A stretch of DNA of 64,000 nucleotides from Alphaproteobacteria bacterium. Its GTDB lineage: Bacteria > Pseudomonadota > Alphaproteobacteria > UBA2966. Of this stretch, positions 1 through 11,234 are shown in pieces. A model generated the notes under the pieces. That model did not search any database and was not told the DNA's origin. It saw nothing but the letters and a program-made list of their open reading frames with translations. The first letter of the stretch is position 1. Every line of letters starts with the position of its first letter. The DNA lies in contig OZ219856.1 in the NCBI GenBank assembly GCA_964291395.2, positions 2,272,001 through 2,336,000 of the forward strand, written 5' to 3'. Made by a program: the position numbers and the translations under genes.

Positions 1-1816
1 CGCCCGCGGTGAACGGGAAGTATCCCGGCAGGTTCTCCCGCCGGCGCCACCTCAACAGCTCGCCCTCGTCTTCGTATTCCGGCAACGCGACGCGCGACAG
101 CTCGTTGCCGCAGATCGTCGTCGCGGTCAGCGGCGTGCGGACCTCCCGCCCCCGCACCCGATAGGTATACTCCCTGCCGGAATAGGCCTTCTTCACCTCC
201 GGCCAGTCGGCCAGCAACCGTCGCGATTCTTCATCGAGGGCGGCTTCCTTCCCCTCCGCGAGTTGGTCCAGGTCATCCGTCCCGCCGCCGACGTCTCTTA
301 CCATCGCCGCGGCGGCACGAAGCTGCTGACGTTCGCGCGCGATCCGTACCTGGGCTTCCGTGGCTCGGTGGTATTTCCGCACCGTGTCTGCGATTTCGGC
401 GAGATACCGCGTCCGGTCGGCCGGCACGATCAGATCGCGGTCCGAAGAAGTCCTGGCCCGGACCGGAGAGAGACCGCCGGTCCAATCGGCGAAACCGCGT
501 TCCGCGAGCAACCCCACGACCGCCTGATACAAGGCCGTGACGCCGTCGTCGTTGAACTTCGAGGCGATGGTTCCGAACACCGGCATCTCCTCGGGCGGCA
601 TTCCGAACAGCTCGTGGTTGCGCTGATACTGCTTGCGCACGTCGCGGAGCGCGTCTTCGGCCCCCCTCCGATCGAACTTGTTGATCGCCACGAGGTCGGC
701 GAGATCCAGCATGTCGATCTTCTCGAGCTGGCTCGCAGCGCCGTATTCCGGCGTCATGGCGTAGATCGCAAGGTCGACGAAGGGTACGATTTCCGCATCC
801 CCCTGCCCGATGCCCGACGTCTCGACGATGACGAGGTCGTGACCCGCCGCCCGGCACGCCGTGACCGCATCGGGGAGACAGCCCGCAAGCTCCGTGCCCG
901 AGCCGCGCGTCGCCAGCGAGCGCACGTAGACGTTCGAACCGTGAATCGCGTTCATGCGGATGCGATCGCCGAGAAGCGCGCCGCCCGTTCGGCGCTTCGA
1001 TGGATCGACGGCGATGACCGCGACCGTGAGCTCGGGTCGATGCTGCCGGAACCGCCGGACGATTTCGTCCGTGAGGGAGGATTTCCCGGCGCCGCCGGTT
1101 CCGGTCAGGCCGATGACGGGGCACCTGCCGCGCGCCTTTGCACGCTTTTCGATGTCCTTGCGGAACCGCGCCCCGGGCTTGCCGAGCTCGAGCGCCGTGA
1201 TGACGCGCGCCAGCGTGCCGTGGTCGCCCGTGTCGAGCCCGTCCAGACTTTTGGGCAGCGAACCGGCAAGGTCGAAGTCGGCCCGCCGGAGCATGTCGTC
1301 GATCATGCCCTGCAGGCCCAGCTTTTGGCCGTCTTCGGGCGAGTAGACGCGCGCGACGCCGTAGTCGTGGAGTTCCCGAATTTCCTCCGGCACGATGACG
1401 CCGCCGCCGCCGCCGAAGACCTTGATGTGCGACGCCCCCCGCTCCGTGAGAAGATCGATCACGTACTTGAAGAACTCGACGTGCCCGCCCTGGTAGGAGC
1501 TAACCGCGATGCCGTGGGCATCCTCCTGAACGGCCGCCGTCACGATCTCGTCGACCGAGCGGTTGTGGCCGAGGTGAACGACTTCGGCGCCCGCCGCCTG
1601 AAGGATTCGCCGCATGACGTTGATCGAGGCATCGTGGCCGTCGAACAGGCTGGTGGCCGTCACGAAACGTAGCGTGCGCTTCGGCACGTAGCGCCTGCTG
1701 GCCGCCCTCTCCGCCTTCGCCGACGTCGGACGGCGCTTCGCCCGGGACTTCGACGACCCGTTCCCGTTCCGGCCCTTGGCCTCCAGTTTCTTGGCCGATC
1801 CCGCGTTTTCCAGCAA
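1..1816 (-). CDS. icmF: Fused isobutyryl-CoA mutase/MeaB GTPase (5' part; runs off the window edge)
   Basis: Manual minus-strand translation gives a B12-binding domain (RFVTATSLFDGHDASINVMRRILQ...HLGHNRS...SSYQGGH), a MeaB P-loop (GLTGTGGAGKSSLTDE), and the start of the mutase domain (RRENLPGYFPFTAG). TTG start follows a GGAGGAG RBS. Not in the ORF track because it is truncated. Confidence 0.93.
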   Translation of the reverse strand, partial: MLENAGSAKKLEAKGRNGNGSSKSRAKRRPTSAKAERAASRRYVPKRTLRFVTATSLFDGHDASINVMRRILQAAGAEVVHLGHNRSVDEIVTAAVQEDAHGIAVSSYQGGHVEFFKYVIDLLTERGASHIKVFGGGGGVIVPEEIRELHDYGVARVYSPEDGQKLGLQGMIDDMLRRADFDLAGSLPKSLDGLDTGDHGTLARVITALELGKPGARFRKDIEKRAKARGRCPVIGLTGTGGAGKSSLTDEIVRRFRQHRPELTVAVIAVDPSKRRTGGALLGDRIRMNAIHGSNVYVRSLATRGSGTELAGCLPDAVTACRAAGHDLVIVETSGIGQGDAEIVPFVDLAIYAMTPEYGAASQLEKIDMLDLADLVAINKFDRRGAEDALRDVRKQYQRNHELFGMPPEEMPVFGTIASKFNDDGVTALYQAVVGLLAERGFADWTGGLSPVRARTSSDRDLIVPADRTRYLAEIADTVRKYHRATEAQVRIARERQQLRAAAAMVRDVGGGTDDLDQLAEGKEAALDEESRRLLADWPEVKKAYSGREYTYRVRGREVRTPLTATTICGNELSRVALPEYEDEGELLRWRRRENLPGYFPFTAG

Positions 1817-1858
1817 GGACTCTCCTCCGCAACGGCGTTTGAAGCCGGGTGTTCTTAG

Positions 1859-2977
<1,119 letters not shown>

Positions 2978-3213
2978 GGACGCACCACGCGCCGGAGGTT
3001 CAGTTAGCTCAAAGTCTTGGCGGGCACGCTTAGCCTTGGCCCCCAGTTTGGGCACTCACGCACATAAGTCCCATTTCATTGCCCGTTGCCTCGGAAGGAC
3101 CAGAAACCGCAGTTCCCCGTGCGTCTCGCCTCATCACGCATAACCTCGGCACTTCCCACTTCACACCATGTGGGGACTCCAAGGATTCTGCCTCCGTGTC
3201 CCCGGCCGGATTG

Positions 3214-4470
3214 CTACCGGTGCGCCCTGAACGGCGTCAGATCGATGCCCGGGTCGCGACCCGCGACGAGATCGGAGATCAGCCGCCCCGTGAGCGGCCC
3301 GAGCGACAGGCCGTAGTGCTGATGCCCGAAAGCGAAATACACGTCTGGATACATGGGCGACGGCCCGATCACCGGCCGGGAATCCGGAAGCGTCGGGCGA
3401 AATCCGAGCCACGCGCTCAGTTCCCGCGTTTCCAGACCGGGAAGCATGCGTTTGGCGTGCGGGAGCAGACGGCGAACCCAACCGTAGTCGGGAGGCGCCG
3501 AGAGACTGGCGAGTTCGACGCCATGCGCGAGCCGCAATCCCTCCTCCATGGGGGTGATGGCAAAGCCGTAATCCCCATGGAGGAGAGGCCGCGTGGGTCC
3601 CGGCGTCATCGCGGGCAACATGAAATGGTAGCCCCGCTCGGTATCGAGCGGCACGTCGCCGCCCAATTGCCGGGCCAAGCCCCGCGACCACGCCCCGGCC
3701 GCAAGCACGATCCCGTCGGCCTCAACGTTGTCGCCTCCAACCCGGACTGCTCGGGGCCGCCCCACTAGGTCGAAACCGGTCACCTCCCCGGTCCTGAGTC
3801 GACCGCCTCTGCCCACGAAATCCGCGGCGAAAGCCTGGACCACGCGCAGGGGATTGGTGAGTGAATCGAACTCCGGGAAATACAGTCCCCGACCGAAGAT
3901 CGGCGCGATCGTCGGCTCCATCTGGCGGATCTCATCGGCGTCGAGGATTTCGTACCGGCCGCCGTGGTGATCGTAGAGCGCGCGTACGTCCGCCGTGGCA
4001 TCGAATGCCGCGTCGCTCTCGTACACCTTGAGCCAGCCTTTCTGGATGACGAAATTCTGCGCCCCCGTCTGTTCTACCAGATCACGCCACGCCGGCTTGA
4101 CGTGCCGGGCGAGCGTCGCCAGGGCGGCGGCGTTGGCGTTGACCCGCGACGCGCGGGTTTGGCCCAATAGCCGCACCAGCCAGGGCGTCAGTCGCGGCAG
4201 ACAGGACCAGCGCATCGTGAAATAGGGCTGGATGCCCGACAGGAATTTCGGGAGGTCCCGCCACATGCCCGGCATACCCACGGGAACGGACGCGCCGTGG
4301 ACGATGATGCCGGCGTTGCCGTAGGACGTTCCCCGCCCGGGTTCGCCGCGGTCAATCAACGTGACGTTATGGCCGTCCCGCTGAAGGTAGAGCGCGCACG
4401 AAACACCAACGATGCCGGCGCCGATCACGACCATGTCGCGCGGCACCGGGCGATGGTCGCGTCTGGGCAT
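3214..4470 (-). CDS. FAD-dependent D-amino-acid dehydrogenase (DadA/DAO family)
   Basis: VIGAGIVG dinucleotide motif, TSYGNAG, RGYH, GFRPTLPDSRPVIG, FGHQHYGLSLGP. Start codon uncertain. Confidence 0.88.
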   Translation of the reverse strand: MPRRDHRPVPRDMVVIGAGIVGVSCALYLQRDGHNVTLIDRGEPGRGTSYGNAGIIVHGASVPVGMPGMWRDLPKFLSGIQPYFTMRWSCLPRLTPWLVRLLGQTRASRVNANAAALATLARHVKPAWRDLVEQTGAQNFVIQKGWLKVYESDAAFDATADVRALYDHHGGRYEILDADEIRQMEPTIAPIFGRGLYFPEFDSLTNPLRVVQAFAADFVGRGGRLRTGEVTGFDLVGRPRAVRVGGDNVEADGIVLAAGAWSRGLARQLGGDVPLDTERGYHFMLPAMTPGPTRPLLHGDYGFAITPMEEGLRLAHGVELASLSAPPDYGWVRRLLPHAKRMLPGLETRELSAWLGFRPTLPDSRPVIGPSPMYPDVYFAFGHQHYGLSLGPLTGRLISDLVAGRDPGIDLTPFRAHR

Positions 4471-4661
4471 TCGCGCGCGTTCCGGCACAGGCAGATTGTT
4501 GCCGTTTTCTTCGGGGCTTCCCACCACAATATGTCACCCGCCCGTGACGCAGTGCTTGCGCCGGGAATTGCGAATCTATATACGTCCGCCCTCCGAGGCC
4601 TTGGCCGTGCGGGTTCCGGAACCTCCGTGAGTGAATTGACGTTACGTGGGTAAGAAGACAC

Positions 4662-5042
4662 ATGTGGGGCCAGCACCTCATTCTCGACATGTGCGATTGC
4701 GACCGCGGGGCCATCGGCAATCCCGATACGATCCGGGCGTTCACCGCCGAGCTTGTCGAGGCCATCGGGATGAGGGCTTATGGAGAGCCCGTCCTTGAAC
4801 ACTTCGCGACCCACGATCCCGCCGCGAGCGGCTACACGCTGGTCCAGCTCATCGAGACGTCGAACGTCACGGCGCACTTCGCCGAGCGATCCGGCGACGT
4901 CTATCTCGACGTATTCTCGTGCAAGGCGTTCTCGGAAGAGAACGCGATCGGCGTATGCCGGAAGTACTTCGCGCCACGCGACGTCAGGCGCACGTCGCTC
5001 AAGCGTGGCGTGAAACCCCCGGACGTCAGCGACGCCGCTTAG
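4662..5042 (+). CDS. Pyruvoyl-dependent S-adenosylmethionine decarboxylase family proenzyme (divergent SpeD-like)
   Basis: WGQHLILD N-terminus, GYTLVQLIETSNVTAHF at the self-cleavage region, YLDVFSCK. Confidence 0.85.
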   Translation: MWGQHLILDMCDCDRGAIGNPDTIRAFTAELVEAIGMRAYGEPVLEHFATHDPAASGYTLVQLIETSNVTAHFAERSGDVYLDVFSCKAFSEENAIGVCRKYFAPRDVRRTSLKRGVKPPDVSDAA

Positions 5043-5068
5043 CGCCCCGCGCGGCCGGAAGACCGCTC

Positions 5069-5383
5069 ATGCCACACGTACTCAAGTTCGACCGCTTCCG
5101 GATGGCCGTCGCCGCGTACCTGACCAACCGCTCACCGCTCGCCCTTGTCGAGTGCCTGGATGTGGTGGACTCACATTGGCTCCATGTGCGGACGGCTTGG
5201 GAACTGGGCAGGCGATTTCAAGACTGTGCGAGTCCGTTGATCGCCGCAATGAGAAGGTCGATGGGAGATATGACTTCCGAGGCGGTGCCTCGTCAGCTCG
5301 CCCTGCCCTTCGGGCCGTTGCAGCAGAGGTTCCAGTTTTCAGGCCCGGTCGCGCTGACGCCCTACGCCCTCGCCCACTCGTAG
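5069..5383 (+). CDS. Possible hypothetical protein
   Basis: 104-aa ORF filling an otherwise empty gap; no recognisable motif and no clear RBS. Confidence 0.25.
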   Translation: MPHVLKFDRFRMAVAAYLTNRSPLALVECLDVVDSHWLHVRTAWELGRRFQDCASPLIAAMRRSMGDMTSEAVPRQLALPFGPLQQRFQFSGPVALTPYALAHS

Positions 5384-5419
5384 GCCGACGGTTGGGTGAC
5401 GGCCGGCGAATTCAAACGC

Positions 5420-5962
5420 TCAGCTTTTCAGCAGCCTGTTCGACTCCTCGAAAACACGCTTGGTGTGCTCGACGTCGTAAGGGTGCTCCTGACGCGTCTC
5501 AGGGTCCCACTCGCTTCGCGGCGTATTGAAGAAGTCGCCACCGTAAACGTGGATGGCCGCCGTGATCTTGTCCAACGGGTTGTGCACCGAGTGGATGACA
5601 GGCACCCCCAACGGCGCAGCGTCCCTGGTCACCAGCCGTTTCGCCGACGTGATCTCAAGGCCACCAATCGCGCGCTTGTAGAAGGTGTTGTCTTCCTGTC
5701 CGCCATAGATGCCGATGATCGCCCACATGAGATGGTTGTGGGGATGCATGGTCATGCGCGGACCCCACAGCACGTTGAGGATCGTCAGATCCTCCCCTTG
5801 GTAAATCGTGTCGACGCCCGCCCGCGTGGGCTCCCCGAGCTCCCGCAGCACATCGTCCGGATGCGCCACGGCGCGCTCGACGACTCCTCGGACGGCACCG
5901 TGGGTATCGTCCTCGCGTAACGCTTCCTTGCAATCCTCGATGAATCGGCCGACCTCGAACAA
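5420..5962 (-). CDS. Cysteine/thiol dioxygenase-like cupin
   Basis: HPHNHLMW, IHSVHN and AIHVYG motifs (3-His cupin). TTG start behind AGGAGG. Confidence 0.8.
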   Translation of the reverse strand: MFEVGRFIEDCKEALREDDTHGAVRGVVERAVAHPDDVLRELGEPTRAGVDTIYQGEDLTILNVLWGPRMTMHPHNHLMWAIIGIYGGQEDNTFYKRAIGGLEITSAKRLVTRDAAPLGVPVIHSVHNPLDKITAAIHVYGGDFFNTPRSEWDPETRQEHPYDVEHTKRVFEESNRLLKS

Positions 5963-5963
5963 T

Positions 5964-6263
5964 CTACGGCGCCTCCTTCTTCAACAACCGGATGGCGATG
6001 TCGTCCCACTCCGTCGCCAGCGGCGCGGTCGAGTATTCCTTTCCGGCGCGGCGATACCAACCACCCGCGTTGGATTCGTCGCCTTCCATCCGATGCAAAT
6101 AAGCGTGCACCCAGGAACCGTCTTCATCCTTTTGGGACTGGGCGAGCTCGTGGGCACGGCGCCAATCACCCTTGGCCTCCCACCACAACGCCCGGAGCGC
6201 GGCGCTCAGGCCCTCGGCCGGGGACTCGTCTCGCAGAGAGGCTTTGAAGTCCGTCAGGTCCAT
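5964..6263 (-). CDS. Conserved small hypothetical protein (WVHAYLHRxEGDxxNAxxWY type)
   Basis: Recognisable conserved motif; ATG at 6263 with an AAGGGAG RBS. Confidence 0.75.
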   Translation of the reverse strand: MDLTDFKASLRDESPAEGLSAALRALWWEAKGDWRRAHELAQSQKDEDGSWVHAYLHRMEGDESNAGGWYRRAGKEYSTAPLATEWDDIAIRLLKKEAP

Positions 6264-6289
6264 GGCGAACGTACTCCCTTTGGCGGCTC

Positions 6290-7672
6290 TCACGGCCCGG
6301 AACCGAGCTCGGCTTCGACCTCGGCCAGCCGCCGTTCGACGAAGGTTTGCCGCTCCTCGCCCCAGAGATGATCGGCTGCGGCGATGGCGTCGTTGATGCG
6401 CCGGCCGACCTCTCCCAGGAGCGCCCAGTCCTCGTCCGGGTCCGGACGCCTGGGAATCCGCAGCGTCGTGTCCTGGGAGAAGGTCCTGACCGGTCGGGAC
6501 TCGCCGTCGGCCGGCGGCGGTAGGAGGTCGTCGCGCTCGCCGTTCAGCACCTGCCGCAGCATACGTCGCCGAGCCTGCACGCCGGCATCCGTCGACCCGA
6601 GGTTCTCCGCGGCATGGACGGCGATGGGCCGCTGCGCCGTCAAAGCCTCCCAGTCTCCGGGATCCCGCTGTCCGGCCTCGTAGGTAGGACGGGCGACCTG
6701 GGCGTCGAAGTCCACCATGTTCTTGCCGATCTCACCTTCGTCGGCCTTGCCCCAGGGATCGACGAAATCGTTGAGGTGACGCCAGCCGAACATGACCGTG
6801 TTCGTGTCATCGATTGGGACCGCCCATCGCGTGGCATAGACGCGCCGGAACAGGGCCGGCTCGAGACCCTCCTCCCACGGCGAGCCGAGCTCTCCGATAT
6901 TCGGGGTCACGGCATGATTCATGCGGTTCCACACGAGCTCGTCCGTCGTGCGCCGCGTCGTGCTGTGCGTGATGCCGGACCCACCGGGGGTTTCGAAGAA
7001 GTGACAGTAGGGCCTGAGAAGGAAACTCTCCGTAAGCTGGGTGGAGGCGTACGAGCTGTGGAGGAACATCGAGTGGATCGGATCGACGTAATTGTCCGTC
7101 ACCTGCAGCCAGTTGCAGGGGAAGGTCACCTCGAAACTCTTCATCCGGGTGTCCCAGAGGTCGTATCCATCGAAGACGGGGAAGTCGGGCTGCAGCGCCG
7201 TTGGCCCCATGTAGGCGAATACCAGACCGCCCTCCTCGCGAGCCGGATAGGCACCATGTCTAAAGCTGTCCTTCAGCTTCGAGTTCGGCGGCTCACCCGG
7301 TGTGTCCAGGATGGTTCCGTCGGCGTCGAACAACCAACCGTGGTAGCAACACCGCAAACCCCGCTCGGAGACGATGCCGTATTCCAGGGACGTGCCCCGG
7401 TGGCTGCAATGGCGATGCAGCACGCCGACCTGGCCAGATTTGTCGCGAAACGCGACTAGGTCTTCGCCCATGATCCGGATCGCCTTGGGCAGATCCGCCA
7501 GATCTTCCGACATGCAGACCGGCTGCCAGAAACGCCTCAGGTATTCTCCCATGGCCGTTCCCGAACCGACGTGGGTCAATTCGGGATTCTCGCGCGGCAC
7601 GTCCCGTTTGAAATAGCCCTGGTAGGCCCCCGCGCCAACGGGTGTGATCCGGTCCTGAACGGCCATCGACAT
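6290..7672 (-). CDS. Rieske non-heme iron oxygenase alpha subunit (LigXa/phthalate-dioxygenase-like)
   Basis: Rieske motif CSHRG...CCYHGW; mononuclear Fe motif NWLQVTDNYVDPIHSMFLH. Confidence 0.92.
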   Translation of the reverse strand: MSMAVQDRITPVGAGAYQGYFKRDVPRENPELTHVGSGTAMGEYLRRFWQPVCMSEDLADLPKAIRIMGEDLVAFRDKSGQVGVLHRHCSHRGTSLEYGIVSERGLRCCYHGWLFDADGTILDTPGEPPNSKLKDSFRHGAYPAREEGGLVFAYMGPTALQPDFPVFDGYDLWDTRMKSFEVTFPCNWLQVTDNYVDPIHSMFLHSSYASTQLTESFLLRPYCHFFETPGGSGITHSTTRRTTDELVWNRMNHAVTPNIGELGSPWEEGLEPALFRRVYATRWAVPIDDTNTVMFGWRHLNDFVDPWGKADEGEIGKNMVDFDAQVARPTYEAGQRDPGDWEALTAQRPIAVHAAENLGSTDAGVQARRRMLRQVLNGERDDLLPPPADGESRPVRTFSQDTTLRIPRRPDPDEDWALLGEVGRRINDAIAAADHLWGEERQTFVERRLAEVEAELGSGP

Positions 7673-7744
7673 CTCTATGACTCTCGCGTTGCCTCGGCGG
7701 TACCGCTTCGGTACGGCCGGATCATGATTTTACTGGCCACGGGA

Positions 7745-8908
7745 CTACGCGCCAACAGACGCGATGCTTTCGTCCGGAACGATTGTCGCCTTGACGCACT
7801 TCATGGCGTCGGCATCGCTGATCGCGGCGGCGATACCTTCTTCGCTGAAGGGGTACTTGGTCTGCATGTCACCGAACGGATAACGATCGCGCGCACGGCG
7901 CAACATGGCGATACCGAGCGCGATGTCATCGGCCGTGAAGGCCCAGCTTCCCAGAATGTTGATGTCCTTGACGCAGAACCGGTGCCAATTCGTCTCGATG
8001 GAACCGGCGTCGGTGAACTGCCCCATTTCGATATAGGTCCCGCCGTCGCGCAACATCTCGATGCCTTCGGGGCCAGCGGAGGGATGCCCACTACAGTCGA
8101 CGACCAAGTCGGCGCCAAACCCGCCGACTATGTCCCGCGTCGCGGCGATACGCGCCTCGGGCGTGATCAATTCCTCGATATTCACCGTCGCCTCGGCACC
8201 AAACTCGCGGCACAATGCAAGGCGAGGCTCTTCGGGGGCGCCGACCACGATCACCCGACCGGCTCCCATCTCCCTGGCTGATACGATCGCCAAGACGCCG
8301 ATCGGGCCGGAGCCCTGAATGACCACGGTATCACCGACCCGAAACGAGCCGATTTCCTGGGCCCGCCTGAACGCGCGGACGCTCGACGTCAGCGGCTCCG
8401 CCAGCGTGCCGATCATCAGAGGCAGGTCGTCCGGCAGCCGGTAGACCTTGGTCCCGGGCAGCATATCGAGATCGAGATAAACCGCTTCGGCCCAGCCGCC
8501 CCAAAGGTGCGGCGCCTCGTCGAAGCCCAGGTAGCGTCCGTAGTAGACCGGTGTCAGGCACTTGTTGGCCTTTTCAGGATAGTGGACGCAGTAATAGCAT
8601 TTCCCGCAGGGCATGAAGGGCGGGATCATGATCTTGCAGCCTATCTCGATGGGATTTCCCATGTAGTCATGGGTAAAGCCGGGTCCCTTCTCCACGACGA
8701 TGCCGGCCACCTCGTGCCCCAACGTAAAGGGCCACGGCAACGGCTTCGGCCAATGACCCTTGAGGATGTGAAGGTCAGTGCCGCAGACGCCGCAGGCCGC
8801 GACTTTCATCAATGCTGCCTTGTCCGGAATCACGGGACGATCGACGGTTCGTATCACGGGATTTGAGCCCGGACCGTCAAACGTCGCCACCCTGACAGTG
8901 TCCATCAC
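7745..8908 (-). CDS. Zn-dependent medium-chain alcohol dehydrogenase
   Basis: CGVCGTD, LGHEVAG, structural Zn site CGKCYYC...C, and GSGPIG. Confidence 0.92.
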   Translation of the reverse strand: MMDTVRVATFDGPGSNPVIRTVDRPVIPDKAALMKVAACGVCGTDLHILKGHWPKPLPWPFTLGHEVAGIVVEKGPGFTHDYMGNPIEIGCKIMIPPFMPCGKCYYCVHYPEKANKCLTPVYYGRYLGFDEAPHLWGGWAEAVYLDLDMLPGTKVYRLPDDLPLMIGTLAEPLTSSVRAFRRAQEIGSFRVGDTVVIQGSGPIGVLAIVSAREMGAGRVIVVGAPEEPRLALCREFGAEATVNIEELITPEARIAATRDIVGGFGADLVVDCSGHPSAGPEGIEMLRDGGTYIEMGQFTDAGSIETNWHRFCVKDINILGSWAFTADDIALGIAMLRRARDRYPFGDMQTKYPFSEEGIAAAISDADAMKCVKATIVPDESIASVGA

Positions 8909-9086
8909 ATCCCCTTTCGGCGTCGCGGTTCTGAGCCCGGGTAACCTTGCCTCGTCGCGCGACGCCGAACGATACCGTACCGTCGCCGCGTGACCGAGAG
9001 GTGCACCGCGTTGTCGCGGCCGTCATCCTGACGTATGAAACACCTCAGCTCAATTCGGCCACACGATTCAAAACCGAGGCAGTCAC

Positions 9087-10253
9087 ATGGCGCTTGCACC
9101 GTCGACCGTCGAAGGCCCGCTTAACGGAATACTCGTCGTCGATCTCACCAGAGTCCTCGCCGGACCCTATTGCACGATGGTGCTCGCCGACCTCGGCGCC
9201 CGGGTCATCAAGGTCGAGGTTCCCGGCCGCGGCGACGACGCCCGTCAGATCGGTCCGTGGTGGTACCATCAGTCGGCCTATTTCATGTCACTCAACCGGG
9301 GCAAGGAAAGCATCGCCCTCGACCTGAAATCCCAAACCGACCGCGGCACATTCGAGCGGCTGCTGGAGGAGGCCGACGTTCTGATTGAAAACTATCGGCC
9401 CGGAACCATGGAGCGGCTGGGGTATTCTTGGGAACTGCTTCACGACACATACCCGCGACTTGTCTACGCGGCGGTATCCGGATTTGGCCAAACCGGCCCC
9501 TACGCGCCGCGGCCCGCCTACGACATGGTCGTTCAGGGTATGGGCGGTATCGTGAGCCTGACTGGGCATCCCGAATCGCCCCCGACACGGGTGGGTACGT
9601 CCGTCGGCGACATCACGGCGGGCCTGTTCGCAAGCATAGGGATCTGTGCGGCTCTCAAGGAGCGCGAGCAAACCGGTGCCGGTCGCATGGTCGACGTCGG
9701 CATGCTCGATTGCCAAGTCGCGATCCTGGAAAATGCGATCGCCCGGTACGTGGCGACGGGAGACGTTCCCAGCCCCTTGGGCGCGCGCCATCCGACGATC
9801 ACGCCGTTCGACTCGTTTGCCACCGCGGATGGCCATATCATCATCGCCGCAGGAAATGATGGCCTGTTTCAGCGCCTTTGCGAAGCCATCGGCAGAACGG
9901 ACCTGTTGGAGGACGACAAATTCATATCCAACCCGGAACGAACCACACACGTCGCTGATCTCAAAATAGAGCTTGAATCGACCCTGCGCGGGCAAGAGAC
10001 GCAACACTGGCTCCCGATACTCGAGGCCGCAGGCGTACCCTGCGGACCCATCAACAACGTCGCCGAAGTCGTACGGGATCCGCACGTGCTCGCACGAAAC
10101 ATGATCGTCGAGGTCGAGGACACGGACGGCTTTCGAGTGGCCGGAAACCCGATCAAATTTTCCGGATTGTCCGATCCCCGGCAACGGGGGGCGGTGCCGG
10201 ATCTCGATTCAGGACGAGGAGACATTTTGCGTGAGCTTGGGCTCGAGACATAA
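9087..10253 (+). CDS. Family III (CaiB/BaiF) CoA-transferase
   Basis: DLTRVLAGPYCTMVLADLGARVIKVE, NRGKESIALDLK, ENYRPG, SVGDITAG (catalytic Asp). Confidence 0.95.
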   Translation: MALAPSTVEGPLNGILVVDLTRVLAGPYCTMVLADLGARVIKVEVPGRGDDARQIGPWWYHQSAYFMSLNRGKESIALDLKSQTDRGTFERLLEEADVLIENYRPGTMERLGYSWELLHDTYPRLVYAAVSGFGQTGPYAPRPAYDMVVQGMGGIVSLTGHPESPPTRVGTSVGDITAGLFASIGICAALKEREQTGAGRMVDVGMLDCQVAILENAIARYVATGDVPSPLGARHPTITPFDSFATADGHIIIAAGNDGLFQRLCEAIGRTDLLEDDKFISNPERTTHVADLKIELESTLRGQETQHWLPILEAAGVPCGPINNVAEVVRDPHVLARNMIVEVEDTDGFRVAGNPIKFSGLSDPRQRGAVPDLDSGRGDILRELGLET

Positions 10254-10258
10254 GCGCC

Positions 10259-11140
10259 TTAGTCGTATCGACGATCCCACAGCGTGATCAGACTGGTGCT
10301 TTCCCACCTGTCCCGCCCTCGAGCCTTCGCCGCGACATAAAACTGGGCGATCAGTGACGTGATCGGCAGTGATATCCCGTGGCGACGGGCCTCGTTGAGG
10401 CAAATGCCCAGGTCCTTCGTCATGTTAGAGGTGCCACCATCGGAGTCGTCCAGCGTGGCCGTCGCCATTCGCGCCCCACGATTGTCGAGCCACCAGGACT
10501 GTGCCGACCCCTGACCGAGCAGCCTGAGCACCTTCTCCATGTCGAGACCGGTTTCCTGGCCCATGACGATACCTTCCGCCAACCCCTGCATGTTGGCGGA
10601 GATCATGATCTGATTGACCATCTTGGTCAGCTGTCCATGGCCGTTCGGCCCCATCAGTTCGGCCGCCTTGGCATACGCATCCAGGAACGGTTCGGCTTTC
10701 CGGAATCCCTCCTCGGCCCCCCCGATCATCACCGTCAACTGGCCGGCTTTGGAAGCCTCCTCGGCACCGGCCACCGGGGCATCCAGATAGAAGAAACCGC
10801 GCTTGTCCGCTTCTGATCCCAGCAGCTCGGCCGTCTCCGCGCTCGCCGTCGTATGATCGGCCCATACGGCACCCGGCGTCATGGCTTCAAACGCTCCATC
10901 ATCCCCGAGTGAAATCTCCCTGACGTCGTCGTCGCCGAAGACGCAAACCCCAACGTAGGCGGCGCCCGTGACGGCGTCTGCCGGGCTGGTTGCCACGCGA
11001 CCACCGTATTTCGAGACAAACGCCTCGGCTTTGGAACGCGTGCGGTTATAGACCGATACGTCGTGACCCGCCTTGGCGAGATGCATGGCCATGGGGCCGC
11101 CCATGTGCCCCAATCCAATGTAGCCGACCTTGCTGCTCAA
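10259..11140 (-). CDS. NAD(P)-dependent beta-hydroxyacid dehydrogenase (3-hydroxyisobutyrate DH/GarR family)
   Basis: GYIGLGHMGGPMA, DAPVAG, GQLTKMVNQ, KDLGI. Confidence 0.92.
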   Translation of the reverse strand: MSSKVGYIGLGHMGGPMAMHLAKAGHDVSVYNRTRSKAEAFVSKYGGRVATSPADAVTGAAYVGVCVFGDDDVREISLGDDGAFEAMTPGAVWADHTTASAETAELLGSEADKRGFFYLDAPVAGAEEASKAGQLTVMIGGAEEGFRKAEPFLDAYAKAAELMGPNGHGQLTKMVNQIMISANMQGLAEGIVMGQETGLDMEKVLRLLGQGSAQSWWLDNRGARMATATLDDSDGGTSNMTKDLGICLNEARRHGISLPITSLIAQFYVAAKARGRDRWESTSLITLWDRRYD

Positions 11141-11234
11141 GAGTTTGCCCTCCGTCCCTTGATCGTCCTTCCGGGCGGTCGCGCGTTCCGGACGTCGACC
11201 CGCCGTTTCCGTGCCGTCGCGCCCGTACGGTCCG

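Noticed and set aside
263-1672. 469-aa plus-strand ORF
   Set aside because: Antisense shadow of icmF, which has clear motifs on the minus strand.
2985-3200. tRNA or cobalamin riboswitch near hemB/icmF
   Set aside because: No cloverleaf, TTCGA arm or B12-box consensus found, and the region lies between convergent 3' ends.
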